Origin: Candidatus Bathyarchaeia archaeon
GTDB taxonomy: Archaea > Thermoproteota > Bathyarchaeia > Bathyarchaeales > Bathycorpusculaceae
Reading direction: 5' to 3'
Assembly (NCBI GenBank): GCA_038883795.1
Contig: JAVZLK010000020.1
Coordinates: forward strand, 1-26,788
DNA length: 26,788 bases
A program made the position numbers and the translations under genes. The first letter of the stretch is position 1. Every line of letters begins with the position of its first letter. Of this stretch, positions 16,151 through 26,127 are shown in pieces. Below the pieces are notes generated by a model that did not search any database, had not been told where the DNA came from, and saw nothing but the letters and a program-made list of their open reading frames with translations.

Positions 16151-16948
16151 TTATTTTTCGTTTGGACTTTTGCCTTGAAAATTCCATTCTTTTGTCGCGT
16201 ATTTTTCTTTGAATAGTTTTTGTGCATATTCTTTTTCGTATGGTGTTAGGTTTCCGTTTGTGAGTTGGATGTTGAGGGCTCTTCGGAACCCTTGTGTTAG
16301 GGCGTTTGTTACTTCTTCTGTTAAAACATTTTTTCCTAATGCTTCTTTTATTGAAGTGATTTTGTTTTTTGCGATGGTTACGATTTCCATGCATGTTTTT
16401 GCCCATGGGACCCTTAGAAAAGTGAACATTTTTTCAAGGTCCACGTCCAATAAGAGTGTGCCGTGTTGGAGAACTATGCCGCCTTTGTGGGATTGGGCGC
16501 TTCCAGAGATTTTTTTGCCGTTTATTGTTAGGTTTGGGCATGTTTTTGCGTCGCCTTGGTTGAAGTCTGCTTTTATGCCTAAAATTTTTAGGGCTTCTGT
16601 TATTCCAGAGTAAATTTTTTGGTAAACTTCTGTGATGTCTTTGGCTTTTAGGTCTTTTTTGTCTGCGATTACGCTGTAGGTGATTTCGCCTTCTGCGTCG
16701 TGGTAAACGGTGCCTCCGCCTGTTATGCGTCTAACAACATCGACGCCATATTTCTCACAGTTTTCAATTTTTACTTCATTTTGGATGTTTTGGAATTTTC
16801 CGATGGAGACGGCGGAGGGTTTCCAACGGTAGAATCTTATAGTGTTTGGGATGAGATTATGTATTCTGGCGGTTAGTATGGCTTCGTCTATAGCCATGTT
16901 TGTGTAAGCGTCATGAGTTTCCAGCTTTATTAAGCGCCAACTATCCAT
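16151..16948 (-). CDS. lplA: Lipoate-protein ligase A / octanoyltransferase catalytic domain; start re-called to ATG 16948
   Basis: NMAIDEA, RFYRW, RRITGGGTVYHD, GKKISGSAQ, LQHGTLL. Confidence 0.88.
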   Translation of the reverse strand: MDSWRLIKLETHDAYTNMAIDEAILTARIHNLIPNTIRFYRWKPSAVSIGKFQNIQNEVKIENCEKYGVDVVRRITGGGTVYHDAEGEITYSVIADKKDLKAKDITEVYQKIYSGITEALKILGIKADFNQGDAKTCPNLTINGKKISGSAQSHKGGIVLQHGTLLLDVDLEKMFTFLRVPWAKTCMEIVTIAKNKITSIKEALGKNVLTEEVTNALTQGFRRALNIQLTNGNLTPYEKEYAQKLFKEKYATKEWNFQGKSPNEK

Positions 16949-17153
16949 TAAATCCCTTCTCTTGTACGCATTTTTAGTTTTGTTCACGTTTAATTTTTCC
17001 GTTTTCTTTTGAGATTAATGAATTTTTGGATAGAAAATCAACCAATAGTGATAGCCCCCTCTCTAGATTTTTCAAGCATATTGTGATAAAATTGCATGCT
17101 ATTTGTTTAAATATTAGTTGTGCGATTAGACGTAGCGAGAGGAAAAATACGCT

Positions 17154-17594
17154 ATGGGTTCGAAGTCTCCGAAAGGCGAGTTTGCCGCAAGAAAACTATT
17201 GGAAAAACGGAAAAAGTTTCGTTGGAGTAGCATGTACTATAAAAGGCGCATGTTGATGCTTGATGTTAAGGCTGACCCCCTTGAAGGAGCACCCATGGCA
17301 AGAGGCATAGTTTTAGAAAAAGTGGGCGTAGAAAGTAAGCAGCCCAACAGCGCCATAAGAAAATGCGTTAGAACCCAACTTATTAAAAATGGTCGAGTTA
17401 TAACCGCCTTTTTACCTGGAGACGGCGCCTTAAACGTTGTTGATGAGCATGATGAAGTTGTGGTTGAAGGGATAGGCGGTTCCAGAGGAAGAAGCATGGG
17501 CGATATTCCAGGGGTGCGTTGGAAAGTCATAATGGTTAACGGCGTGTCTTTAAACGAGCTTGTTTATGGAAGGAAACAGAAGCCGGCACGGTGA
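17154..17594 (+). CDS. rps12: 30S ribosomal protein S12 (uS12)
   Basis: [27 protein letters not shown]. Confidence 0.97.
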   Translation: MGSKSPKGEFAARKLLEKRKKFRWSSMYYKRRMLMLDVKADPLEGAPMARGIVLEKVGVESKQPNSAIRKCVRTQLIKNGRVITAFLPGDGALNVVDEHDEVVVEGIGGSRGRSMGDIPGVRWKVIMVNGVSLNELVYGRKQKPAR

Positions 17595-18187
17595 AAAGTT
17601 TGAGTCAAAAGCAAGAAGAGAAGGAAGATGTTAAACTCTTTGGGAAATGGAGTTTTGGGGATATTCAAGTTAAAGATTTAGGTTTGCAGAGGTATATATC
17701 CCTAAAACCCATGATTATCCCACATAGCATGGGAAGACACGAGCATAAACGCTTCCGCAAGGCAAACGTCAACATTGTCGAAAGGCTTGTAAATGATCTC
17801 ATGAGACCTGGGAAAAATGCTGGCAAGAAGGCTAAGGCTATGAATATCGTGAAGCAAGCCTTCGAAATAATTCATTTACGAACTGGCAGAAATCCAATAG
17901 AAGTTTTGGTTAGGGCTGTTGAAAATTCTGCTCCTTGCGAAGACACAACAAGGATTAGCTATGGCGGTATAGTCTATCACTTGTCAGTTGATGTTTCTCC
18001 GCAGCGGAGGGTAGACTTGGCTTTAAGACACATTTGCGAAGGAGCGAGAATGGCTTCAATAAATAATCCCCGTTCGATAGAGGAATGTCTCGCAGAAGAA
18101 TTAATTTTGGCGGCAAATCATGACATGAAAAGTTATGCAGTTTCGAAGCGTCACGAAATAGAGAGAGTAGCTCAAGCTTCCAGATAG
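17591..18187 (+). CDS. rps7: 30S ribosomal protein S7 (uS7)
   Basis: [38 protein letters not shown]; GTGA overlap with rps12. Confidence 0.96.
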   Translation: MKSLSQKQEEKEDVKLFGKWSFGDIQVKDLGLQRYISLKPMIIPHSMGRHEHKRFRKANVNIVERLVNDLMRPGKNAGKKAKAMNIVKQAFEIIHLRTGRNPIEVLVRAVENSAPCEDTTRISYGGIVYHLSVDVSPQRRVDLALRHICEGARMASINNPRSIEECLAEELILAANHDMKSYAVSKRHEIERVAQASR

Positions 18188-18188
18188 G

Positions 18189-19364
18189 CTATTTTACGTG
18201 AATTTCAACGATATCTCCATCCTCAAGAACGAATCCAGCCCCAACTTTTTGGGGACTAAAAACGAGACGTTTAGACCAAACCTTTGCGAAGGCAAAGTTT
18301 TTGCTAAAATCGCTGTGAATGTTTTTGGCTAAATCGTAGACTGTGGCGCCCCTTTTTAATGTGAAGGGCTTTTTTGAAAACTCTCTTTCGCCTGGTTCTT
18401 TCGTGTAAACACGTATGATGTCTAATGTTTTGAATAGGATTTCGCCAAGCTTTTCTGCGTCGACGCCGTTTTTGCATGAAACTTGAATTATTGGCAGTTT
18501 TCCGCTCACATAAGCCTCTAAAAGTTTTAGGTTGTTTTCAGCACCTTCTACTTCGGTTTTGTTTGCAACTATTATGGTTGGTTTGTATACTGTGCTTTCA
18601 AAAATTGCATCCTCAACATCGTCGATTGTGGCTTCTCCATAAATCTTGACAAGAGCGTCATTAACCTTGTAGCTTCTAAGCAGTTCTTCAACATCCTTCA
18701 TTGTGCAGTCAATGAGGCTTCCAATAAGAATTATTCTTAAACCAGCACCCATAAACTTCTTTTCAATTTCAACCCGAGCTTTTGGTCGGCTAACCATTAT
18801 TCTTGCCTTTTCAAGCTCGCCCAAAATTAGCGACAACTGTTCAACTGGTTCTTGGGATAAATCAACCATCAATATTAAACCGTCAGCGTTGCGAGCTAAA
18901 GCCAAAGTCTGAAGCCCCCAAGCCCTTCCGTCAGCGGAGCCTTCCATCAAGGCTGGAGCTTCCACAATCTGAAATTGAATATCACGATAATTCATTATGC
19001 CCGGCACGGGCTCTCTTGTGGTATAGGGGTTGGGGGAAACTTCCACCTTCGCGTTTGTGACAGCCTTAAGCAGACTGCTTTTTCCAACGTTTGTTAATCC
19101 TATAAGGGCTATTTGGGCTGCACCTTCCTTTTCTATGAAAAATTTTGGTCCACCTTTTCCAGCTTTTTTCTGCTTTTTCTCTTCGAGTTCCCTTCGCAGA
19201 ATTGCCATCTGCTTTTTGACTTGGGCGCAAAGTTTTGCTGTTCCCTTATGTTTTGGAACTAGGCTTAAGAATTCTTGCATGAGATGGAGTTTTTCTCTTG
19301 GGTTTTTTGTTGCTGAAACCTCTGCCCATTTGCGTTTGGCTTCGGCTGGTAGGTTTGTTGGCAT
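18189..19364 (-). CDS. DRG/OBG-family GTPase with C-terminal TGS domain; start re-called to ATG 19364 (MPTNLP)
   Basis: PKHKGT, G1 GLTNVGKS, G2 YTT, TGS domain IRVYTK..IHSDF..LEDGDIVEIH. Confidence 0.88.
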   Translation of the reverse strand: MPTNLPAEAKRKWAEVSATKNPREKLHLMQEFLSLVPKHKGTAKLCAQVKKQMAILRRELEEKKQKKAGKGGPKFFIEKEGAAQIALIGLTNVGKSSLLKAVTNAKVEVSPNPYTTREPVPGIMNYRDIQFQIVEAPALMEGSADGRAWGLQTLALARNADGLILMVDLSQEPVEQLSLILGELEKARIMVSRPKARVEIEKKFMGAGLRIILIGSLIDCTMKDVEELLRSYKVNDALVKIYGEATIDDVEDAIFESTVYKPTIIVANKTEVEGAENNLKLLEAYVSGKLPIIQVSCKNGVDAEKLGEILFKTLDIIRVYTKEPGEREFSKKPFTLKRGATVYDLAKNIHSDFSKNFAFAKVWSKRLVFSPQKVGAGFVLEDGDIVEIHVK

Positions 19365-19523
19365 TTTTAGACTCTTCCATGATTTGATTTCCAAATTTAA
19401 CGTTAATATTCGTTTCCATTAACCGTAATGGCGTAATGATAAACTTAAAATAATTGATTGAACAGTTGTGTAAACGAATCCACTAAATTTAAAGGGAAAT
19501 TAAAAATATGGAGGAGGAAAAGA

Positions 19524-20828
19524 ATGAGTAGACCAGAAAAACCCCACTTAAACCTAGTAATCATGGGACATGTGGACCATGGAAAATCAACGACAACTGG
19601 ACACATGCTATACTTGGCAGGAGTGGTGGATGACAGAACAATAAAAGCTTATGAAGAAGAAGCCAAAAAAATGGGCAAAGAAACCTTCAAGTTCGCATGG
19701 ATTCTCGACAACCTAAAAGAGGAGCGGGAAAGAGGCTTAACCATCGACCTTCGATTCCTAAAATTTGAAACCAAAAAATACTACTTCACAGTTATTGATG
19801 CTCCTGGGCACAGAGACTTCGTTAAGAACATGATTACGGGAGCAAGCCAAGCCGACGGCGCCATCCTCTTCGTCTCAGCAAAAAGAGGCGAATTCGAAGC
19901 AGGCATTGGTCCCGGCGGTCAAACACGGGAGCACGCCTTCTTAGCGTTCACTTTAGGCGTTAACCAGCTGGTTGTGGCAGTCAACAAGATGGATGATCCC
20001 ACGGTGAATTGGAGCCAAGAAAGATACAATGAAATTAAAAATGAAGTTTCACGGATGCTAAAGATGGTTGGCTACAAAGTTGAAAAAATCCCATTCGTAC
20101 CTACCTCGGGATGGACAGGAGACAACCTTGTTAAGCCGAGTGAGAAAATGCCATGGTATAAAGGACCCACATTGCTTGACGCCTTAGACACTTTTGAAGT
20201 TCCGCCTAAACCCCTAGACAAGCCATTGCGTATTCCTGTACAAGACGTTTATAGCATTACAGGCGTTGGCACAGTTCCGGTTGGAAGGGTTGAAACTGGA
20301 GTTCTCAAGGAAGGCGACATGGTCATTTTTATGCCAGCCAACAAGCAGGCTGAAGTGAAATCTATAGAAATGCACCACACCCGCATTCCAAGAGCTGAGC
20401 CGGGCGACAATATTGGATTTAACGTTAGGGGCGTCGCCAAAACAGATTTGCGCCGCGGAGACGTCTGCGGACACGTTACTAATCCGCCAACAGTAGCTAA
20501 AGAGTTCATTGGACAAATAATTGTAATTTATCACCCAACAGCCATAGCCGCTGGATACACACCGGTTCTCCACTACCACACTGGACAAGTTGCTTGCAGG
20601 TTCACTGAACTGATAAGGAAGATTGATCCTCGTTCTGGGCAGATTGTTGAGGAGAAGCCCTCTTTCCTAAAAACTGGAGATGCCGCCTTAGTGAGGATGG
20701 AGCCTCTGCATCCAATAGCCATCGAAACCTACACGGAGTTTCCAGAGCTTGGAAGATTTGCAGTTAGGGACATGGGCACAACTATAGCTGCTGGCGTTGT
20801 CAAAGAAATAACCAAAAAAGGACCATAA
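19524..20828 (+). CDS. tuf: Translation elongation factor 1-alpha; start re-called to ATG 19524
   Basis: [37 protein letters not shown]; SD GGAGGAGG. Confidence 0.97.
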   Translation: MSRPEKPHLNLVIMGHVDHGKSTTTGHMLYLAGVVDDRTIKAYEEEAKKMGKETFKFAWILDNLKEERERGLTIDLRFLKFETKKYYFTVIDAPGHRDFVKNMITGASQADGAILFVSAKRGEFEAGIGPGGQTREHAFLAFTLGVNQLVVAVNKMDDPTVNWSQERYNEIKNEVSRMLKMVGYKVEKIPFVPTSGWTGDNLVKPSEKMPWYKGPTLLDALDTFEVPPKPLDKPLRIPVQDVYSITGVGTVPVGRVETGVLKEGDMVIFMPANKQAEVKSIEMHHTRIPRAEPGDNIGFNVRGVAKTDLRRGDVCGHVTNPPTVAKEFIGQIIVIYHPTAIAAGYTPVLHYHTGQVACRFTELIRKIDPRSGQIVEEKPSFLKTGDAALVRMEPLHPIAIETYTEFPELGRFAVRDMGTTIAAGVVKEITKKGP

Positions 20829-20848
20829 CTCTCTCTTTTCCTTTTTTG
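20829..20848 (+). terminator. T-rich terminator candidate after tuf
   Basis: CTCTCTCTTTTCCTTTTTTG directly after the stop. Confidence 0.55.
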
Positions 20849-20937
20849 AATCGATTATATTTTCAAAATTTAATTGGTCTAATGCTCAAGTTTTATCAGT
20901 AAGTAGTCCCAAGTTTTCATGTAAAAGAGTTGATATT

Positions 20938-21645
20938 ATGTCTGGAACCGAAACATTGCTTCCATACCTAAAAGAAAAGAAAGGTGAAGAGCCAGAGCCA
21001 ACAATTATTGTTGATAGTCGTGAGGCAAACTCTGCCACAAAAATCGTTAAGGGTTTAAGAGAACGCGGCGTCAACATTAAAATTGAGGCTTTGGAGAAGG
21101 GCGATTATGTCTTGTCTGATGTTTGTGCTGTGGAGCGAAAAACTGTTCAAGACTTTGTTTACACATTAACGCGGCGTTACCTTTTCGAGCAATTATTTCA
21201 TTTAAAAGAGGTTTATCCAAAATCCCTAATTCTTTTGGAGGGTTATCTGCCAATAATTTATAAGTATAGCAGAATTCAGCCAGCATCCGTTTGGGGTGCC
21301 ATGTTTAACTTGGCAAAGAATGGCATAGCCATGGTAAACACAACTTCCTACAAAGAAACAATTGATTTTCTCCATGTGGCTGCCCGCCAAGAACAAATCA
21401 TAGAAAAGCGAATTCCAACAGTTCATCCAGTTAAAAAATGTGAGACTTTGGCGGACGCCCAAGTTTATTTTGTGGCAAGCCTTCCCAACATTGGAAGGGA
21501 AAAAGCCATAGCAATTCTTAAATCCTACAAAACCCCCTTGAACGCCCTAATGAATGTTGACGATTGGTCCAAAACAGTTTATGGACTTGGACCAAAAATA
21601 ACAGCTAAGGTTAAAGAAGTGTTAGAAACGCCATTCACATGGTGA
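20938..21645 (+). CDS. xpf: Short (helicase-less) XPF/ERCC4 structure-specific nuclease with tandem HhH
   Basis: IIVDSRE, GDYV, VERKTVQDF, LPNIG and VYGLGPK HhH motifs. Confidence 0.88.
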   Translation: MSGTETLLPYLKEKKGEEPEPTIIVDSREANSATKIVKGLRERGVNIKIEALEKGDYVLSDVCAVERKTVQDFVYTLTRRYLFEQLFHLKEVYPKSLILLEGYLPIIYKYSRIQPASVWGAMFNLAKNGIAMVNTTSYKETIDFLHVAARQEQIIEKRIPTVHPVKKCETLADAQVYFVASLPNIGREKAIAILKSYKTPLNALMNVDDWSKTVYGLGPKITAKVKEVLETPFTW

Positions 21646-21651
21646 AACAAA

Positions 21652-21993
21652 ATGGATGTGGAAATTGCCCCAACAAGAAAAATAACAATCTTGGGATTAG
21701 ACAAGCGTTCAGTCGGCGACGTGGCATGGTGCGCCACAACCTACGGCGTGAATAGGCTTTACTGGATAAACGGTTACGTCTTATGCCTAGAAGTTTATGA
21801 AAAATCCTTTGAACATGAACTGAAAAAGCGAGAATTTCCCATAAGCCAAATCTGCTATGCAGAATTTCCAAAATACGAGAAAATCTACGAAGTTGAGAAA
21901 AGCCTCCAAATCCCGCTGGTTAACGTTTCTGATATGCAAATTTTCCAAAGCATCCTAAAAGCAATATTGGACGAGAATAAGAAGAATCCGTGA
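21652..21993 (+). CDS. Small conserved hypothetical protein, probably cotranscribed with xpf
   Basis: 113 aa, starts 6 nt after the xpf stop with GGTGA upstream; globular composition (LYWINGY..ICYAEFPKY..IPLVNVS). Confidence 0.75.
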   Translation: MDVEIAPTRKITILGLDKRSVGDVAWCATTYGVNRLYWINGYVLCLEVYEKSFEHELKKREFPISQICYAEFPKYEKIYEVEKSLQIPLVNVSDMQIFQSILKAILDENKKNP

Positions 21994-22004
21994 AAATGGA
22001 AAAT

Positions 22005-22622
22005 TTAAGACTTAACCATTGCCTTTTTCGCAAATTCAAACCCAAGCTTAAAGGCTTTAACGTTAGCATCCAAATATTTTGCTGGAATAAGTTCCTTAAT
22101 GGCGTCAATTAGACTTTCATTCTTTATCGGCAGTTTTTTGGTTGCTGCCAAAGCCCCAAGCAAAACCACATTTTGTGTTAGGGGGTTTCCTGCTTTTTTT
22201 GCTAAATTTGGAGTGTCCACAATTATCAGGTTTTTTGTGAACCCATGAATTTTTTCTTCCACTTCCTTTAGGGATGGGTATGGCATCATTTTCGCCATAA
22301 GCTCTGTTGGCGGAATCCTCTCCTCACTCATTATCACAAGGGTCTTTTGTGAAGCAAACTTTAGGTTTCGTAAGGTTTCGAAGGGCTCAAAGCCTAAAAG
22401 CACGTCTGCTTGTCCATCCAAAACTGTTGGTGCAAAAACTTTTTCTCCAATCCTTACTGTGGAAACTACGGCGCCTCCTCGTTGAGCCATCCCATGAATT
22501 TCGCTTACCCGAACATTCAAGCCTTCTTTTACGGCGGCTGTTCCCAAAATTTCCGCTGCCAAAAGTATCCCTTGTCCTCCGACGCCGGCCAAAACCATGT
22601 TAAACTCTTTCATTTTACGCAT
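22005..22622 (-). CDS. iorB: Indolepyruvate:ferredoxin oxidoreductase beta subunit
   Basis: GVGGQG, SEIHGMAQRGGAV, NVVLLG, NVKAFKLG. Confidence 0.93.
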   Translation of the reverse strand: MRKMKEFNMVLAGVGGQGILLAAEILGTAAVKEGLNVRVSEIHGMAQRGGAVVSTVRIGEKVFAPTVLDGQADVLLGFEPFETLRNLKFASQKTLVIMSEERIPPTELMAKMMPYPSLKEVEEKIHGFTKNLIIVDTPNLAKKAGNPLTQNVVLLGALAATKKLPIKNESLIDAIKELIPAKYLDANVKAFKLGFEFAKKAMVKS

Positions 22623-22629
22623 CCCTCTC

Positions 22630-24513
22630 TCACCCTATTTTTGCGCATTCTATCGCTTTGTATGGACAAACTGAAGCGCACAAGCCGCATGCATTACATA
22701 ACGTTTCGCTGATGCTCACTTTTCCTTCTTTGAAAATTATTGCTGGACAACCCAAAAGCTTAACACAAGCCATACAATTTGTGCACTTATCCGTAATCTT
22801 ACAGGCTAAAAGTTCTGCGCCTTTACGTCTTCGTTCCCTAACAACCATTAAGGCGCAGGGCGCCCTAAAAACTATAATAGACGGACCAGAAAACTTCACA
22901 GCCTCTTTTAAGACGGCTTCAGCCTCCTTCACATTAAAGGGATTTACAACTTTCACATATTTTACTCCGCATCCTTCAGCAACCCTTTCTATCATGATTT
23001 TTTCTGCGGGTGTGTGCATGCCAGTCCAACCTGTTCCAGGGTGTGGCTGGTGTCCAGTCATGGCTGTTGTTAGGTTGTCTAGGACTGTTACGATTATTTT
23101 GTGATTATTATACACAGCGTTTATCAGTCCTGGGATTCCAGCGTGGAAAAAGGTTGAGTCTCCAATAATAGCGAAGGTGGGCGCATCTGTTGCCTTGCTT
23201 ATTCCTTGGGCTGTGCCTATGCTTGCACCCATACAAGTCATTATGTCGCCAGTTCTTAATGGCGGAGCAGCCCCCAAAGCATAACAACCTATGTCCGTGG
23301 AGTAAACAGCCCTTTCGCCTCCAACCCTTTTCATGACATAAAATGATGCTCTATGGGGGCATCCAGCACACAATATGGGCGGTCTTGGCGGCAAGTTCCG
23401 CGAGACTTCAGCATATTTCTCATCAATTTTTTCAAAGTTTATTGGTAATTTTTTGCCGGTTATTTTTGCCAAGCCAGCTGCAACTAGGCGTGTTGAGAGT
23501 TCTCCGTCTCTTGGGAAATAGGGTTTTCCCATTTTTCCATAAATTTTAATGTTGGGCGCATAGTCTTTGGCTATGGCTTTAACATGCAACTCCAAGTATG
23601 GTTCAAGTTCCTCAACAACAATTATTTTTTCATGTTTTTTAAGAAATTTTCCAATAAATTTTTCTGGAAGCGGGTGGGTCACGCCAAGCTTCATTATGCT
23701 AACGTCTAAACCGAGCAAGTCGGTTGCTTCCACTGCGTAGTTGTAGGCTGCGCTTGAAGAGATTATGCCGAATTCGCCATTTTTTCCTTCCCGTGTAATT
23801 TTGTTGTAGGGTGATGTTTCGCTTATTTCCTTAGCCTTTTCTATGCTTTTCAAAAGTACTGGATGTTTTGGTCTTGAATGGGCTGGAACCATAACCAAAC
23901 GTTTTACGTCTTTTATGAATTCTCCCTTCAAAACCGGTTTTGTAAGCTTCCCATAGACGACTGGTGCGCGAGTATGGCTTACGCGGGTTGTTGTTCTTAG
24001 TAGAACTGGCAGTTCCAGTTTTTCTGAAATTTCGATGGCTGAAATTGTCATGTCCTTTGCTTCTTGAGAATCTGAAGGTTCTAAGCATGGCAGGTTTGCA
24101 AGCAAAGCATAAAAACGATTGTCTTGTTCGTTTTGTGAACTGTAACATTCTGGGTCGTCCGCCGTGACTATGACAAGTCCGCTTCTTACGCCAGCATAAG
24201 CCAAAGTCATGACAAAGTCTGAAGCCACATTCAATCCCACATGCTTCATCGCCGTTAAAGCTCTAACTCCACTGTTTGCCGCTCCACCAGCCACTTCTGT
24301 GGCAACAATTTCATTGATAGAATATTCCATGTATATTCCAGCCTCAGCAGCAATCTCCGAAATAGAATCGCCAATTTCAGACGCTGGGGTCCCTGGATAT
24401 GTGGTTACAACTCCTATTCCGGCTTCTAAGATTCCTCTTGCAATGGCTTCGTTTCCAAGCAGAAGTACACGTTTTCCGGGGTTGTCAGCTAATAGTATTC
24501 GTAAATCTGGCAA
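22630..24513 (-). CDS. iorA: Indolepyruvate:ferredoxin oxidoreductase alpha subunit; start re-called to TTG 24513
   Basis: LLGNEAIARG, YPGTPASE, MKHVGLNVA, SSQNEQD, LCAGCPHR, GDSTFFH, AMTGHQPHP, C-terminal 2x[4Fe-4S] cysteines; GAGGAG upstream of TTG. Confidence 0.94.
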   Translation of the reverse strand: MPDLRILLADNPGKRVLLLGNEAIARGILEAGIGVVTTYPGTPASEIGDSISEIAAEAGIYMEYSINEIVATEVAGGAANSGVRALTAMKHVGLNVASDFVMTLAYAGVRSGLVIVTADDPECYSSQNEQDNRFYALLANLPCLEPSDSQEAKDMTISAIEISEKLELPVLLRTTTRVSHTRAPVVYGKLTKPVLKGEFIKDVKRLVMVPAHSRPKHPVLLKSIEKAKEISETSPYNKITREGKNGEFGIISSSAAYNYAVEATDLLGLDVSIMKLGVTHPLPEKFIGKFLKKHEKIIVVEELEPYLELHVKAIAKDYAPNIKIYGKMGKPYFPRDGELSTRLVAAGLAKITGKKLPINFEKIDEKYAEVSRNLPPRPPILCAGCPHRASFYVMKRVGGERAVYSTDIGCYALGAAPPLRTGDIMTCMGASIGTAQGISKATDAPTFAIIGDSTFFHAGIPGLINAVYNNHKIIVTVLDNLTTAMTGHQPHPGTGWTGMHTPAEKIMIERVAEGCGVKYVKVVNPFNVKEAEAVLKEAVKFSGPSIIVFRAPCALMVVRERRRKGAELLACKITDKCTNCMACVKLLGCPAIIFKEGKVSISETLCNACGLCASVCPYKAIECAKIG

Positions 24514-24672
24514 TAATATCTCCTCAACTTTTAGAAGTGGTTCATAGTTTTTATGTTTCAAATATAACTTTTGGTTTCAAAAGCTGAGACTGATGTGGGA
24601 TAGAGAAATGTTTAACCGAAAATTATTAAAACACATATACCCGAATAAAAGCACCATTCACGAGGTTAAATC

Positions 24673-26118
24673 ATGAAAATAAAGTTATCATCAGGTAAGG
24701 AAATACCCATTGACATGCATAAGGCGCGGATGGTTCAGAAAATATGGCTTATACCAGTCGAACAAAGACTCAAGGCTATTGAGGAGGCGGGTTATAACAC
24801 ATTTCAGTTAAAAACTAAGGACATTTTCTTAGACATGCTCACCGACAGCGGCGTAAACGCCATGAGCGACAACCAGTTTGCAGCCTTTATGCGGGTTGAC
24901 GATGCTTATGCTGGCAGCATGACATTTTACGAATTCGCCCAAGCCGTTGAAGACGTTTTAGGCTACAAATACGTAATGAATGTGCATCAGGGAAGGGCAG
25001 CGGAACACTTGCTCACGAAAGTTTTCGCCAAGCCTGGCGGTGTTATTCCAACAAACTATCATTTTACCACAACCAAAGCCCACATTGAGGTTACAGGCGG
25101 ATCCGCATGCCTCGAAATCTACTATGATGAAGCATTAAAGACTGATAGTACACACCCATTTAAGGGAAATATGGACCCGCAAAAACTGTTGAATGTTATT
25201 AAGCAGTATGGCAAAGAAAAGATAGGCTTTGTGAGAATGGAGGCAACCACAAACCTTCTCGGTGGACAACCGTTTTCCATGGCGAATTTAAAGGAGATTA
25301 GGCGAATCTGCGATGAACACGGTCTCCTTTTGGTTTTGGATGGAAGTTTAATCTGCGAAAACGCCTATCTCATCAAACAAAGAGAGAAAGGCTACGAAAA
25401 CAAAACTGTTGCAGAAATAGTCAAAGAAATGTGCAGCCTCGCAGACATATTCTATCTAAGCGGCAGAAAAAACACATGCGTCAGAGGCGGATTTATAGCC
25501 ACAAACAATAAAGAATTATTCGAAAAGATAAGACCATGGCTTCCAGTCTATGAGGGCTTTTTCACATACGGCGGAATGTCCATGAGAGAAATCGGAGCCA
25601 TGGCTGTCGGCGTGAGAGAAATGGTGGACGAAGATTTAGCGGGTTGTGCAGTTGAGCAAATAAAATATTTTGTTAATAGGCTTAAGGAAACCGGCATTCC
25701 CGTGGTTACGCCACCCGGAGGATTAGCCTGCCATTTAGACGCTACAAAATTCTTGCCGCACGTTCCAAAATCGCAGTATCCAGCAGGAGCCTTAACAGCA
25801 GCCCTCTACATAGTTTCTGGCATTAGAAGCATGGAGCGGGGCACAATTTCCATGGATAGGGACAAAGAAGGCAGAGAGGTCTTTGCCGATTTAGAGTTGA
25901 CAAGGATTGCGCTTCCGAGGAGGGTTTACACGGTTTCGCATATTGAGTATGCTGTTGATAGGATAAATTGGCTTTATAAACATAGGCACTTAGTAAAAGG
26001 CTTAAGGTTCGTTTTTGAGCCGCCAGTATTACGATTCTTTGATGGCAGGTTGGAAGCCATTGACAATTGGGGAAGAGACCTCTGCGAAGCCTACAAAAAA
26101 GAATTAGGAGATTATTGA
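24673..26118 (+). CDS. Tryptophanase/tyrosine phenol-lyase family PLP-dependent beta-eliminating lyase (TPL-like specificity residues)
   Basis: GYNTF, DMLTDSG, DAYAGS, HQGRAAE, YEGFFTYGG, SMERG, RIALPRRVY, LRFF; PLP lysine motif SGRKN. Confidence 0.9.
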   Translation: MKIKLSSGKEIPIDMHKARMVQKIWLIPVEQRLKAIEEAGYNTFQLKTKDIFLDMLTDSGVNAMSDNQFAAFMRVDDAYAGSMTFYEFAQAVEDVLGYKYVMNVHQGRAAEHLLTKVFAKPGGVIPTNYHFTTTKAHIEVTGGSACLEIYYDEALKTDSTHPFKGNMDPQKLLNVIKQYGKEKIGFVRMEATTNLLGGQPFSMANLKEIRRICDEHGLLLVLDGSLICENAYLIKQREKGYENKTVAEIVKEMCSLADIFYLSGRKNTCVRGGFIATNNKELFEKIRPWLPVYEGFFTYGGMSMREIGAMAVGVREMVDEDLAGCAVEQIKYFVNRLKETGIPVVTPPGGLACHLDATKFLPHVPKSQYPAGALTAALYIVSGIRSMERGTISMDRDKEGREVFADLELTRIALPRRVYTVSHIEYAVDRINWLYKHRHLVKGLRFVFEPPVLRFFDGRLEAIDNWGRDLCEAYKKELGDY

Positions 26119-26127
26119 GCTCCTTTT

